From assembly GCA_002269645.1 (NCBI GenBank), contig NIVC01000341.1, forward strand, positions 176,318 through 240,317: a stretch of DNA of 64,000 nt, given 5' to 3'. Shown here piece after piece: positions 10,601 through 24,100 of the stretch. The translations under genes and the position numbers were made by a program. The notes beneath the pieces are model-generated. The model saw nothing but the letters and a program-made list of their open reading frames with translations, ran no database searches and had not been told where the DNA came from. Numbering within the stretch: position 1 is the stretch's first letter; every line of letters begins with the position of its first letter. Source of the DNA: Macrostomum lignano (taxonomy: Eukaryota).

Positions 10601-13600
10601 GCGCTGTTCTGGCAGCAGTATCGCCAGATGAAGGAGGGCCAACCGGATAAAAATGAGCAGAAAGATTTGAAGAAATGCGTTGAGCTGTTTTTTCAGGTAC
10701 TGCCTTTTTGTTTTTATAGATTGTTTAAGAATTCCGAATTTAGGTTACATCTAGTATTACTGATTCTTAGTCAGAAGTAGTATGCATAAATATTTTGTAG
10801 CATGCTTCAATCTACAACTTTGTATAACTAACAATTGGGTATCTGCAGTTCAACTCTACCTGATATCTACAGATAGATCAAGAATATCTACAGATAGATC
10901 AAGAATATCTACAGATAGATCAAGAATATCTACAGACAGATAAAAATATCTACAGACGACAAAAATATCTACAGATAGATCGATAATATCTACAGATAGA
11001 TCAAGAATATCTACAGATAGATCGATAATATCTACAGATAGATCAAGAATATCTACAGATAGATCAAGAATATCTACAGATAGATCTATAATATCTACAG
11101 ATAGATCGATAATATCTACAGTTAATCAGAAATAACTACAGATAGATCAATAATATCTACAGATAAATCTGAAATATCTACCGTTAGATCTAAAGTATCC
11201 ACAGTCAGATCCGGAAACCCGACAGATAGATCTGAAATATCTACAAATAGATCTGGAATATCTACATATACATCCCGAATGTCTACAGGGTAAATCTAGA
11301 ATATCTACAAGTGGATATATTGTACTATAGCCTAGATCTGTACATAGTCTCATGCCAACCCCTCACCCACCTGCAATCAAAGGTGACCACCGCTTACCTG
11401 TCGCACGACGAGAAGTCGATAGCAACGGAAGCTTATGTATCAATCTGCGACTTACTAGTGGTGTTTAGCAGGCACAACGAACCGGCCGTGGCCGGCCAAG
11501 CAGGGGATCGACAGCAGCCGGCGGGTGTCGTCTCGTTCGTCGCCGACGCCGGCCTTCAATCCGGTCTGGTGCACTTCATGCAGCGTCGGGTGTTTGTCGA
11601 AGACGACCCCGACACTGACGAGGACGCCAAAATTGAAGAGCTGCACAATCGGCGCACGCACCTGGCCTGTTTTGCTAAATTAGTCGTCTACAATTGTGTG
11701 CCATTACAGTTGGCTAGTAACATGTTTGTGCATTACATTCGGTTCTATAACGATTTCGGCGATATTATGAAAACTACGCTGCAAAAGTGCAAAGAGATTA
11801 ACAAACGAGAGACCACTTTGTGCATAGCGGCCACGCTGCAGAAGGCGTTTAGTCAATTGCCGGCTAATTCCGATCGGGGCTCGCCTGGCTTTGTTGCTCT
11901 CAAGGATTTGGCTCGCAGGTTCAATCTGAGCTTCGGTTTGGACGCTGCAAAGGTGAGAATTCGTTATTAATATTGACTTGAATACTATAGTGAGTTCACA
12001 TCTTGGATCTTTGAAGTTCCTATTCCAATTTGTTATTCTGGATCTCGTGTATTTCTGAAGTGCCATTTCACACCTTGATTTCGGGTTCCGGTAGTGCCAT
12101 TTTACACTTGGATTTAAAGTACCGGAAGTGCCATTTCACTCCTGGATTTCGGATACCGGAAGTTCCGTTTCACTCCTGGATTTCGGATACCGGAAGTTCC
12201 ATTTCACTCCTGGATTTCCGATACCGGAAGTTCCATTTCACTCCAGGATTTCGGATACCGGAAGTGCCATCTCACTCCTGGATTTCGGATACCGGAAGTG
12301 CCATTTCACTCCTGGATTTCGGATACCGGAAGTACCATTTCACTCCTGGATTTCGGATACCGGAAGTGCCATTTTACTCCTGGATTTCGGATACCGGAAG
12401 TGCCATTTCACTCCTGGATTTCGGATACTGGAACCCGGAAGTGCCATTTCACTCCTGGATTTCGGATACCGGAAGTTCCATTTCACTCCTTGATTTCGGA
12501 TACTGGAACCCGGAAGTGCCATTTCACTCCTGGATTTCGGATACCGGAACCCGGAAGTTCCATTTCACTCCTGGATTTCGGATACTGGAAGTTCCATTTC
12601 ACTCCTGGATTTCGGATACTGGAACCCGGAAGTGCCATTTCACTCCTGGATTTCGGATACCGGAAGTTCCATTTCACTCCTGGATTTCGGATACCGGAAG
12701 TGCCATTTCACTCCTGGATTTCGGATACCGGAAGTTCCATTTCACTCCTGGATTTCGGATACTGGAACCCGGAAGTGCCATTTCACTCCTGGATTTCGGA
12801 TACCGGAAGTTCCATTTCACTCCTGGATTTCGGATACTGGAACCCGGAAGTGCCATTTCACTCCTGGATTTCGGATACCGGAACCCGGAAGTTCCATTTC
12901 ACTCCTGGATTTCGGATACTGGAAGTTCCATTTCACTCCTGGATTTCGGATACTGGAACCTGGAAGTTCCATTTCACTCCTGGATTTCGGATACCGGAAG
13001 TTCCATTTCACTCCTGGATTTCGGATACCGGAAGTTCCATTTCACTCCTGGATTTCGGATACTGGAACCCGGAAGTGCCATTTCACTCCTGGATTTCGGA
13101 TACCGGAAGTTCCATTTCACCCCTGGATTTCGGATACTGGAACCCGGAAGTGCCATTTCACTCCTGGATTTCGGATACCGGAACCCGGAAGTTCCATTTC
13201 ACTCCTGGATTTCGGATACTGGAACCCGGAAGTGCCATTTCACTCCTGGATTTCGGATACTGGAACCTGGAAGTTCCATTTCACTCCTGGATTTCGGATA
13301 CCGGAAGTTCCATTTCACTCCTGGATTTCGGATACCGGAAGTTCCGTTTCACTCCAGGATTTTGGATACTGGAAGTTCCATTTCACTCCTGGATTATCTC
13401 AATCAATCCATCCAATACCCCTCCCCTCCCCCAGGTCCGCGAGCTCATGCGCTGCCTACACGAGGAGGGCGTCAAATTCGCCCTGGCCGACTGGGACCCG
13501 GCATCGCCGGCCGCAGCCGCCCCGCCGCACAATCTCGCCTTCTTCGACGTGCTAGCGGAATTCTCGAACAAACTATTGCGCGAAGACAAGGCTCAGCTGG

Positions 13601-14106
13601 CCCAATGGTTGCGCACCGGTTGGCAGGTCCGCACTAACGGCCTTGGTCCGCAATGGCAGAGTTTGATTTATTACCTGTCATCTTTGGAGAGCCCCGACGG
13701 CGGCGGCGCTGAAGGTTCGATCAGCGGAGCGACTGGTTCGGTTGTTGGCGGCGGTCCCGGCCGGGGCTCCGGACAACGCGGACGGCCGAAACGTCAGCGA
13801 GACTCGTCCATAACGCCATCGATGGGCGGCGGGCAAGGACAGGCTTCGGCCGTTGCGCCGAGCCCCGGAGCCACTGCGGCTGCGGCGGCGTCAACGTCCA
13901 TCCAGTCGGCGGCGGGCGCCGGCGGGCCGCAGGCGGTGTCAACCGCAGTGAAACGCTCCCGCCGAGATCAGATGATGCCGCCGGCAGGAAATCTGGCCAC
14001 TCCAGCTTCTACTTCCGGTCAGCAGCAGCCGCCACAGTCGCACGGCCCGACAACCTCGGTGCTGCAGCTTCGGTCGCATCAGCAGTTCCTGGCCGGTGGC
14101 CTATGA
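7665..14106 (+). CDS. STAG1/2: Cohesin subunit SA / stromal antigen (SCC3/STAG), about 1150 aa
   Basis: Exons 7665-9232, 10052-10696, 11383-11952 and 13435-14106, all phase 0. STAG and SCD motifs are present ([89 protein letters not shown]). One base is missing at about 8588. First in-frame ATG is at 7737; an upstream exon or spliced leader is possible. Confidence 0.95.
9270..9850. repeat. 40-bp minisatellite (TTTACAATTAGGGTGTCAAAATAGGGATTCTAGGGAATAT), about 14 copies, STAG intron 1
   Basis: Direct tandem copies visible. Confidence 0.95.
10860..11320. repeat. 21-bp minisatellite (ATATCTACAGATAGATCAAGA), STAG intron 2
   Basis: Direct tandem copies that degenerate toward the 3' end. Confidence 0.9.
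12055..13392. repeat. 34/43-bp minisatellite (CCGGAAGTGCCATTTCACTCCTGGATTTCGGATA, with optional CTGGAAC insert), STAG intron 3
   Basis: Roughly 35 tandem units. This array produces the many overlapping ORFs at 12.0-13.6 kb. Confidence 0.95.
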
Positions 14107-14924
14107 TTAGATTCTTGTAGCTTTATTCGGTCCATCTTGTGTTTGTAGCTTACTGTCAGTTTGCTGTTGTATTTCTTATATATTCGCCCTAAATCTCCCT
14201 TGGAAAATAAATCGCTTGTATTCAATTGGCGGTTTTGTTTGTTCTTGTTTGTTTGTTTTTTTAATGCATACATACATTTAGGCCTCTATTATAATGTTCT
14301 TGTACTAATAACAATACGTATTTTCAAAATAGTTAGTTAGCGCGGATTCTAACCTTTACTGGCGCCTTCAGGTAATTTTTTTTCTTATTATAATTCACTT
14401 TTTCACCGAATAACCTCAATATGCTACTTTCCTCGCTAAGATAGTCTAGTAGTCAGCTGGAGAAATTAAGGTTATAATTACAATTACAGCCAGTAAGTAA
14501 TAAATCAGTGTTTACTATTGCTAACTAACTACTAATGAGTAGGAGATACGCCTTCTAAAATGTGTTATGCGTGAAACGTTGGCTTCTCTATGTGTCTCTG
14601 TGTCTCTTGCGTCATGTCATGGCAGCTCGATTTTTGTAAGCCCTGTGTCAGTTTGCGCGTCTGTTTAAAATATATGATTATAAATATGTAATAAGTATAC
14701 TAATCATGAATATTATTGCTTAGCTATTAATGTGTTTGTAGGTGTTTGTAGGTATTTCACCTGCCTGCCCTTTTATTATCATTTTGTAATTTGTCTTATT
14801 TCACCTGATCCATTAAAATTCTTACCAGCTACTATTAATAGTACTATTGCACTACTTACAGTAGCGATATATTAGCAAAATTGAAGACTGCTAACTTTGT
14901 TGTGTTCTTTAGTCAGGTTTTTTA

Positions 14925-15955
14925 ATGTTGGCTAACTCTGAGCGCTTCTTAATCAGGTAACAAATAGCTTATTGATTGTTAACTTTTTTCAAAAGAATAA
15001 TTTCTGTTGCATCAAACAAGTGTAGGAGTTTGGTAATCGGTTAGTGTTTCCATAGCAACCAGAGTTTCTATAGCAACTAGGGTTCTCTCAGCAACGGAGT
15101 GTTTCCATAGTAACCCTAGAGTTTCTATAGCAACTAGGGTTCCCTCAGCAACGGAGTGTTTCCATAGTAACCCCAGAGTTTCTATAGCAACTAGGGTTCC
15201 CTCAGCAACGGAGTGTTTCCATAGTAACCCAGAGTTTCTATAGCAACTAGGGTTCCCTCAGCAACGGAGTGTTTCCATAGTAACCCCAGAGTTTCTATAG
15301 CAACTAGGGTTCCCTCAGCAACGGAGTGTTTCCATAGTAACCCCAGAGTTTCTATATCAACTAGGGTTCCCTCAGCAACGGAGTGTTTCCATAGTAACCC
15401 CAGAGTTTCTATATCAACTAGGGTTCCCTCAGCAACGGAGTGTTTCCATAGTAACCTTAGAGTTTCTATATCAACTAGGGTCCCCTCAGCAACGGAATGT
15501 TTTCATAGTAACCTTAGAGTTTCTATATCAACTAGGGTCCCCTCAGCAACGGAGTGTTTCCATAGTAACCTTAGAGTTTCTATATCAACTAGGGTCCCCT
15601 CAGCAACGGAGTGTTTTCATAGCAATGACTTTTCTGTCCTCATATTTTAGCAGATAGTCGCCCTCGTACATATGAGTTACCATGGCAACTAGTGCGCGAA
15701 ATGCCTATACAAAGCATAACAGCATTAATAACCCTGTCGGTCTGCCTGTGTTACTAAAATATTAAATTCAAACTAATTAAATGCAGTGTGTTGCACATTA
15801 GGATTGCTTATAAATGTGTACAAATTGGCCATTTTTATAATGTTTGTTATTAATTAATTAGAAAACTAATGTTTTCTCAGCTATTTAAGGTTGATGAATT
15901 TTTCCGCTCTCCGCGTCTGCAGCTACTAAAATTACTACTACTTAGCCAGCAGTAG
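14925..15955 (+). CDS. Tentative small multi-exon gene, about 95 aa (MLANSERFLIRIISVASNKCRSL-ADSRPRTYELPWQLVREMPIQSITALITLVLHIRIAYKCVQIGHFYNLFKVDEFF...)
   Basis: GT-AG exon chain 14925-14956, 14996-15032, 15651-15735, 15787-15841, 15881-15955. Three of four junctions are in phase; the exon 2/3 junction needs one extra base. No homology recognised. Confidence 0.3.
15045..15625. repeat. About 59-60-bp minisatellite, about 10 copies, built from X-box-like 14-mers
   Basis: Unit GTGTTTCCATAGTAACCCCAGAGTTTCTATAGCAACTAGGGTTCCCTCAGCAACGGA. Confidence 0.95.
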
Positions 15956-16634
15956 TATGATTAGCAATGTACATACGGTGTTTATTTATACGCGCTATCT
16001 AGAAGAATCATGTGCTCTGCTTGTACCAACGTTTGTTGTATTTCTATGATTTTATCGTCACATAATTTTTTAAACATAACTTAATCGCCTAAATTTTCTA
16101 TATCAGGCCCGAAAGTATCGATAGTAAAAGGCATGCTAAATTTGGCATATTCTGTACATTGCTGTCAACTCCCCACGAATTTTCCTCTCACTTTTATTGT
16201 CCCTAAAATTTACCCCTGTTTTCTAAATTCCCGTGCGGAATAACAAACTTAATAATAATTGAATTTTTATAATTCAAACTGAATGCCCCCCAATGCCGAA
16301 TCATTAATCAAATTTTGCTGCTGCAGACTCTAACATTTTTTAAATTCGTTGAAATTCATACATAATTAATAATTAAATGCATATACATGTTAATATTAAT
16401 AATGTGTTTAAAAATATAAAAGCCCCCAAACTTGTGGGCACGCGTGTTCTCTGGCTCTGTTTCTTTTAAAAACAAATTTACAAAATTTAACAAAGAATTG
16501 CTTGTCTTTTGTCTTTTCATCGGCGTGTTGTTAGATTGTTAGATAGGCCTGATCGTATTTGTTGTCAGTTAGTGTCGTCACTTATAGTGTTCAGGTAGAT
16601 CATGACAATCCGTTTTTGACTTAATTTTCTATGT

Positions 16635-17830
16635 TGCTGCTGACAAATCTTCTGACAAAGTTGATTCTGACAATGTTGATTCTGACAAAGTTGATTCTGA
16701 CAATGTTGATTCTGACAAAGTTGATTCTGACAATGTTGATTCTGACAAAGTTGATTCTGACAATGTTGATTCTGATAAAGTTGATTCTGACAATGCTGAT
16801 TCTGACAAAGTTGATTCTGACAATGTTGATTCTGACAATGTTGATTCTGACAATGTTGATTCTGACAATGTTGATTCTGACTATGTTGATTCTGACAATG
16901 TTGATTCTGACCAATCTTCTGACAGTGTTGATTCTGACCAATCTTCTGACAGTGTTGATTCTGACAGTGTTGATTCTGACCAATCTTCTGACAATGTTGA
17001 TTCTGACAATGCTGATTCTGACAATGTTGATTCTGACAATGTTGATTCTGACCAATCTTCTGACAGTGTTGATTCTGACCAATCTTCTGACAGTGTTGAT
17101 TCTGACCAATCTTCTGACAATGTTGATTCTGACAATGCTGATTCTGACAATGTTGATTCTGACCAATCTTCTGACAATGTTGATTCTGACAATGCTGATT
17201 CTGACAATGTTGATTCTGACAATGCTGATTCTGACAATGTTGATTCTGACCAATCTTCTGACAATGTTGATTCTGACCAATCTTCTGACAATGTTGATTC
17301 TGACCAATCTTCTGACAATGTTGATTCTGACAATGTTGATTCTGACCAATCTTCTGACAATGTTGATTCTGACAATGTTGATTCTGACCAATCTTTTGAC
17401 AATGTTGATTCTGACAATGTTGATTCTGACCAATCTTCTGACAATGTTGATTCTGACAATGTTGATTCTGACCAATCTTCTGACAATGTTGATTCTGACC
17501 AATCTTCTGACAGTGTTGATTCCGACCAATCTTCTGACAATGATGATTCTGACAAATCTTCTGACAATGTTGATTCTGACCAATCTTCTGACAGTGTTGA
17601 TTCCGACCAATCTTCTGACAATGATGATTCTGACAAATCTTCTGACAATGTTGATTCTGACAAATCTTCTGAAAATGTTCAGTCTGACAATGTCAAACCT
17701 GATCGACAAAGTTGGTTCTGACAATTTTTCTAACAATTTCAATTCTGACAAAAAAGATTCTGAAAATTGATTTTGACAACTTCGATTCTGACAATTCGTA
17801 TGACAATGTTGATTCTGACAAATTTAACAA
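16635..17830. repeat. 15/12-bp mosaic minisatellite (TCTGACAATGTTGAT / TCTGACCAATCT)
   Basis: Tandem units that are multiples of 3. It probably lies in a 5' UTR intron of GTF3C4 (candidate donor cag|gtagat at about 16595). Confidence 0.95.
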
Positions 17831-18157
17831 TTTTCACTCCTACAATTATCCCCCCTGAGAATGTCACTCAGATTTTTTTAAAAATCCTCTTTTTTTCTCT
17901 TAAAATGCTTCTCCTAAGTCCTGGGCAAAGTCGATTTGGAAAATTTTTTGAAGTTACAGCACTAAACATTCAAGACAATAGTTTGTTTAAAAATGTTAAT
18001 TGTATTTTTATGTCAAAAGCGCTCACTTAATGTTTTTGCATGCCTATGACACTTGTTTCATCATACTACTGATGTGTCAGTAGTTGAAGTTATTAATTTA
18101 AATTTAAGCAGCGAAATTGCGTAAATAAATACAGATTTGTAAGGAATAAACTTGTTG

Positions 18158-21100
18158 ATGTCCTCTCGCCTTGTATTCGGCGGTCAGCCGCTGCTAACGG
18201 GTGGCTGTTTAGTCCCTAGCAACAGTGGTACAGTTGCCGTGCTCACCAGTCGAGGCGCCGCAGTACTGTCTCTGGATTTTGATCCCACCTGGGAAGGAGA
18301 CGAACCCGTCGGTGAAGCTGGTGGCAACGGGTTAAGCCGGAGCGATTGCGAAGTGGCCAACTGTAGCGAAGGGTTCAGCTTTCGGCTCACCTGTTGGGCG
18401 TCATTACGGGACAGGTAAAAGTATATTTAGACTGCGACACCATCAAAATCCCTGATCTCTAACACGACAAAATCCCTGATCTCTAACACGACAAAATCCC
18501 TGATCTCTAACACCCAAAATTTCTGAATATCTAACACCCCAAGATCCCTGATCTCTAATACCCAAAATTTCTGAATATCTAACACCCCAAGATCCCTGAT
18601 CTCTAATACCCAAAATTTCTGAATATCTAACACCCCAAGATCCCTGATCTCTAATACCCTAAGATCCCTGATCTCTAACACCGCAAAATCCCCGAATATT
18701 TAGCACCCCAAAATCATTTAATATCCCCAAAATCCCTGAATATCTAACACCCCAAAATCCCTGAATATTTAACACCCCAAAATCATTTAATATCCCCAAA
18801 ATCCCTGAATATCTAACACACCGAAATCCCTGAAAATCTAACACCCCAAAAATGTCCTATCTCTAACGCCCCTAGCCATATAACTCGGATTTCTAATACG
18901 GACATAACCACGATCTCTAACACCCAGGCCCTTTTTCCCAATCTCTTACCCCCTAGCCATATATCTCTAGCACCATCAGCCTATTATTCCCAAACTTTCT
19001 ATCTCCCTCATTCACATCTCCGCAGGTTCCGCCTACCTCTAGCCATCGATCCGGAAGTGATCGAATCCGGCAAGCATCTCCCCAACCCTCTACGCGATCC
19101 TCTGCGCGCATTTCACTCGCTAGCTCGGCGATTCCCGTCGGCTACTGTCGTTGCCGACTCTGACGCAGACGGCGAAGGATTGCTAACAGCGCCGCCAGCT
19201 TCAAAGTCCATCTCGGACAGTTTCATCAAAGCCGATTGGTCGCCATTCGAACAGTTCGGACGTCCGTGTTTAGCCGCAGTGTCCGATTCTGGCCGGTTAG
19301 TTTTATTATCCAATCGGAGATGCCTGTTAGAATCGGAATCTATGGCATTGGTGAGCCCGGAACCTGGCAGTCTATGGTGCAAAGCCTATGTTCAAACTGG
19401 TCGAGTTGTGCAACCGCCGGGTCAAGGTGGCGACGGGCCTGCTACCGATTTGAACTTTCTCATGCCTGGCGCCGGCGCTGCCGCTATGGACTCGGATGGT
19501 GGCACCGACAGCAGCAGCAGCAGCTACATCTGGTGCGATCAGATGGACGAGTTCGCTTTGGCCGTTATGGACATGTGCTTTGTTGGCGTCAGCTGGTCTC
19601 GGTGAGCCTAAGGCTTTTTTGTTTTCTCAAATCGTGTTTTTGCTTTTGGCTTTATTGTATCCTTTAGCTTGTCTATATATGTTTGCCACGGGCGGCGCTC
19701 TATTATGAAACTCTTCTGCCTCTCTTTCTCCTTTGCCTAATCTTCGAATTTTTGCACTGTAACATCACCATGAACCTCCTCTTCATCTCGTCTCTACTTG
19801 CGCTCTTCCTCCCCAACATCCCCACTCTCTTTCCCACGACACTATCCCACTCTCCCTCTCTCCATCTCCCACTCTCCATTTCCCACTCTCCCTCTCTCCC
19901 ACTCTCACTCTCCCCCTCTCCCACTCTCCATTTCCCACTCTCCCTCTCTCCCACTCTCACTCTCCCACTCTCCCACTCTCCCCCTCTCCCACTCTCCCCC
20001 TCTCCCACTCTCCCCTCTCCCACTCTCCCCCTCTCCCACTCTCCCCCTCTCCCACTCTCCATTTCCCACTCTCCCTCTCTCCCACTCTCACTCTCCCACT
20101 CTCCCCCTCTCCCACTCTCCATTTCCCACTCTCCCCCTCTCCCACTCTCCATTTCCCACTCTCCCCCTCTCCCACTCTTTATTTCCCACTCTCCCCCTCC
20201 CCCACTCTCCATTTCCCACTCTCCCCCTCTCCCACTCTCCATTTCCCACTCTCCCTGTCCCACTCCCTCTCCTACTCTCCCACTCTGCCTCTCCCACTCT
20301 CCCTCTCCCACTCTCCCTCTCCCACTCTCCCTCTCCCACTCTCCCTCTCCCCACTCTTCCATTCTCCAACTCTCCCTCTCCCACTCTCACTCTCCCACTC
20401 TCCCCCTCTCCCACTCTCCATTTCCCACTCTCCCCCTCTCCCACTCTCCATTTCCCACTCTCCCCCTCCCACTCTTTATTTCCCACTCTCCCCCTCTCCC
20501 ACTCTCCATTTCCCACTCTCCCTGTCCCTCTCCCACTCTCACTCTCCCACTCTCCCCCTCTCCCACTCTCCATTTCCCACTCTCCCCCTCTCCCACTCTC
20601 CATTTCCCACTCTCCCTGTCCCACTCCCTCTCCTACTCTCCCACTCTGCCTCTCCCACTCTCCCTCTCCCACTCTCCCTCTCCCACTCTCCCTCTCCCCA
20701 CTCTTCCATTCTCCAACTCTCCCTCTCTCCCTCTCCCCACTCTTCCATTCTCCAACTCTCCCTCTCCCACTCTCACTCTCCCACTCTCCCACTCTCCCTC
20801 TCCCCACTCTCCCATTCTCCAACTCTCCCTCTCCCCACTCTCCCATTCTCCAACTCTCCCTCTCCCACTCTCACTCTCCCACTCTCCCACTCTCCCTCTC
20901 CCCACTCTCCCACTTTCCCCACTCTCCCATTCTCCAACTCTCTCTCTCCCACTCTCACACTCTCCCTCTCCCACTTTCCCATTCTCCCGCCGCTATCCCT
21001 CTCCCACTCTCCCACTCTCTCACTCCCTCTCCCACTTTCCCATTCCCCAGTCTCCCTCTCTCCCTTTCTAATTATTCTTCCCATTCTACGTGTAGCTTGC

Positions 21101-24100
21101 AATATGACTTTCATTTGTCACTCCCTATCCAATGTTATATCGACTAAAAATCCCTGTTACAAAAATGTTCCAATCCCCGTACACTCTACTATCAATAGGC
21201 AGATGCGAGCACAGCCTTGGCACGCACTACTAGCAGGCGTTACCCGTTCCGGCGTTCTAGTACTATTTAGCTACAATCCCGGCGCTAAAACTGCCACCCT
21301 GTTGTACGCAACCTACGCGTGCGCTATCGGCGGCGGTCTCACCAGTTTATCCTCTGCGTCAGCCAACGGTCTGCCATCGCCCAGTACTCTTGCCAACTTC
21401 GGTTTGCAAGCTTGTTCACTGAAAATCTGCGATCTGTTGTCTAGTAATGCTACTAATACTACTGCCGCATCGGACGGTGTCAGTAGTATTTGTAGCGACA
21501 GTCTGTTAGCTTTAATTGGCCTGTGCGATGGTCGCGTATTTGGTGTTAAAATTCGATTAGAAAGTAGTACAGCTGAGACTGCAATAGTGATATCCGCTGG
21601 TCCGGAGTGGCGTCTTTGGCGATGGCCAGATCAGTTGCAACCGTTTGATGCTGTCTGGTCGGCTACCAATCAGTTCGGTTGCGTTGCTAAGGGCGCTCAT
21701 TTGGTTAGCTTTGCGTTGCGAAGGTGAGTAACTGACTTGTTTGGTGTTTAGTGATTTAGTCTCAAGGTGCGATCTCTGTGGAGTATTTAGTCTCAAGGTG
21801 TGATCTCTGTGGGGTATTTAGTCTCAATGTGTGATCTCTGTGGGGTATTTAGTCTCAAAGTGTGATCTCTGTGGAGTATTTAGTCTCAAGGTGTGATCTC
21901 TGTGTGGTATTTAGTCTCAAGGTGTGATCTCTGTGGGGTATTTAGTCTCAATGTGTGATCTCTGTGGGGTATTTAGTCTCAAAGTGTGATCTCTGTGGGG
22001 TATTTAGTCTCAAGGTGTGATCTCTGTGGGGTATTTAGTCTCAAGGTGTGATCTCTGTGGGGTATTTAGTCTCAATGTGTGATCTCTGTGGGGTATTTAG
22101 TCTCAAAGTGTGATCTCTGTTGGGTATTTAGTCTCAAGGTGTGATCTCTGTGGGGTATTTAGTCTCAATGTGTGATCTCTGTGGGGTATTTAGTCTCAAA
22201 GTGTGATCTCTGTGGGGTATTTAGTCTCAAAGTGTGATCTCTGTGGAGTATTTAGTCTCAAGGTGTGATCTCTGTGGGGTATTTAGTCTCAAGGTGTGAT
22301 CTCTGTGGGGTATTTAGTCTCAATGTGTGATCTCTGTGGGGTATTTAGTCTCAAAGTGTGATCTCTGTTGGGTATTTAGTCTCAAGGTGTGATCTCTGTG
22401 GGGTATTTAGTCTCAAAGTGTGATCTCTGTTGGGTATTTAGTCTCAAGGTGTGATCTCTGTGGAGTATTTAGTCTCAAAGTGTGATCTCTGTGGAGTATT
22501 TAGTCTCAAGGTGTGATCTCTGTGGGGTATTTAGTCTCAAAGTGTGATCTCTGTGGGGTATTTAGTCTCAAAGTGTGATCTCTGTGGAGTATTTAGTCTC
22601 AAAGTGTGATCTCTGTGGAGTATTTAGTCTCAAGGTGTGATCTCTGTGGGGTATTTAGTCTCAAAGTGTGATCTCTGTGGGGTATTTAGTCTCAAAGTGT
22701 GATCTCTGTGGAGTATTTAGTCTCAAAGTGTGATCTCTGTGGAGTATTTAGTCTCAAGGTGTGATCTCTGTGGGGTATTTAGTCTCAAGGTGTGATCTCT
22801 GTGGGGTATTTAGTCTCAAAGTGTGATCTCTGTGGAGTATTTAGTCTCAAGGTGTGATCTCTGTGGGGGATTTAGTTCCATGTTGGGATATTTATTCTCA
22901 AGGTGTGATCTCTGTGTAAAAGATATTTATATTTTTCCACTAAAGAATTTTCTACTAAAGAGTATCATGTGCCGACCCGCCGGCTTTCATTGCTAATTAA
23001 GCACTTGGTGTACTGTTGCCACTCACCCAGACCCGAAGGCATCGCAGCCAGCACAGTAACTACCAGCGTTAATTGCCTACAAATCACTGGCATGTCCTGT
23101 ATTGGCAATTCTGTCTACTATTGCTGCCTAGATGGTCGCCTGTACTGTGCTACATTTGCTCCCGATACTACTAATATTGGCGGTGGAGGAGTAGTCTGTA
23201 CGAGCATATCGGAATTGCAGTTGAACGCTGGGCCAACAAATAAACCGGTTGAGCCGAATGCTATGCCTTATTATTACGGTTTGTATTGTTCGAGAAATGG
23301 CGTAATTTTAGGCGTGCTGGAAGGTCGGCCAGATACTACTGTTAGTAAGCAGCGAGCGATAGGCCATTTGGCGTTTCGATTGATGTGCTCTGTTGGAGAG
23401 GATAGGCTTGTTGGTGAGAACCGTTATTCTGATTTTTTACTGATCAATTTTATAAATACAGCTACATTACGAGTATAGCTACATCACAGACGCTAGAATA
23501 ACTGAATATCTCAACTCGCAATTAAAGTTCTGCAAAAGCAGAGAATCTAGCTACTCCTAATCAGTCGTTTGTCTGCGCTGTGTCACTTAAATTTAATAAT
23601 TTGGCAGCTAAAACTTCCTTTTCCTTCCCCGGCGTTTGCGGACTCAGGAGCATATGGAGTTAGGAATGAACAACAAACATTTAACTATATGTACACAAGT
23701 GAATGCCAGACGGAGGAAAAGCCCTCCCCACTCTAGACTTGAGGGCACAAACAAACTGCCCTATGGAGCAGGCCCATCTGGATCAGCCAATGAGAGAGCG
23801 GTAAGGAGAGAGGTCAAAGTTAGACGGACAAAACTCAGCCTATGGGGCAGGCCCAATCTGGCTCAGCCAATGAGAGAGCAGTAAGGAAGGAGAGAGGTCA
23901 CAAGGGGGCAAGAGAAAAGCCCTACTGTTTATTGTTTACGACAAGCTTACGATTTACAATGTTTACGATGGGCGTCGCTGGGGTCTGGCCCTTCTCTCTT
24001 GCCTGGATTTTAATGATTTCCTGCCATTTTTAATCTTACATTTCTTTTCAAATAATTTCGAGTAGTAAAGCGGTCTCGAGTCGGAAAACAGGATGAAGAT

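Noticed and set aside
21760-22915. Regular 31-40-bp repeats resembling CRISPR arrays
   Set aside because: The units abut directly with no unique spacers, there are no cas genes, and the context is eukaryotic.
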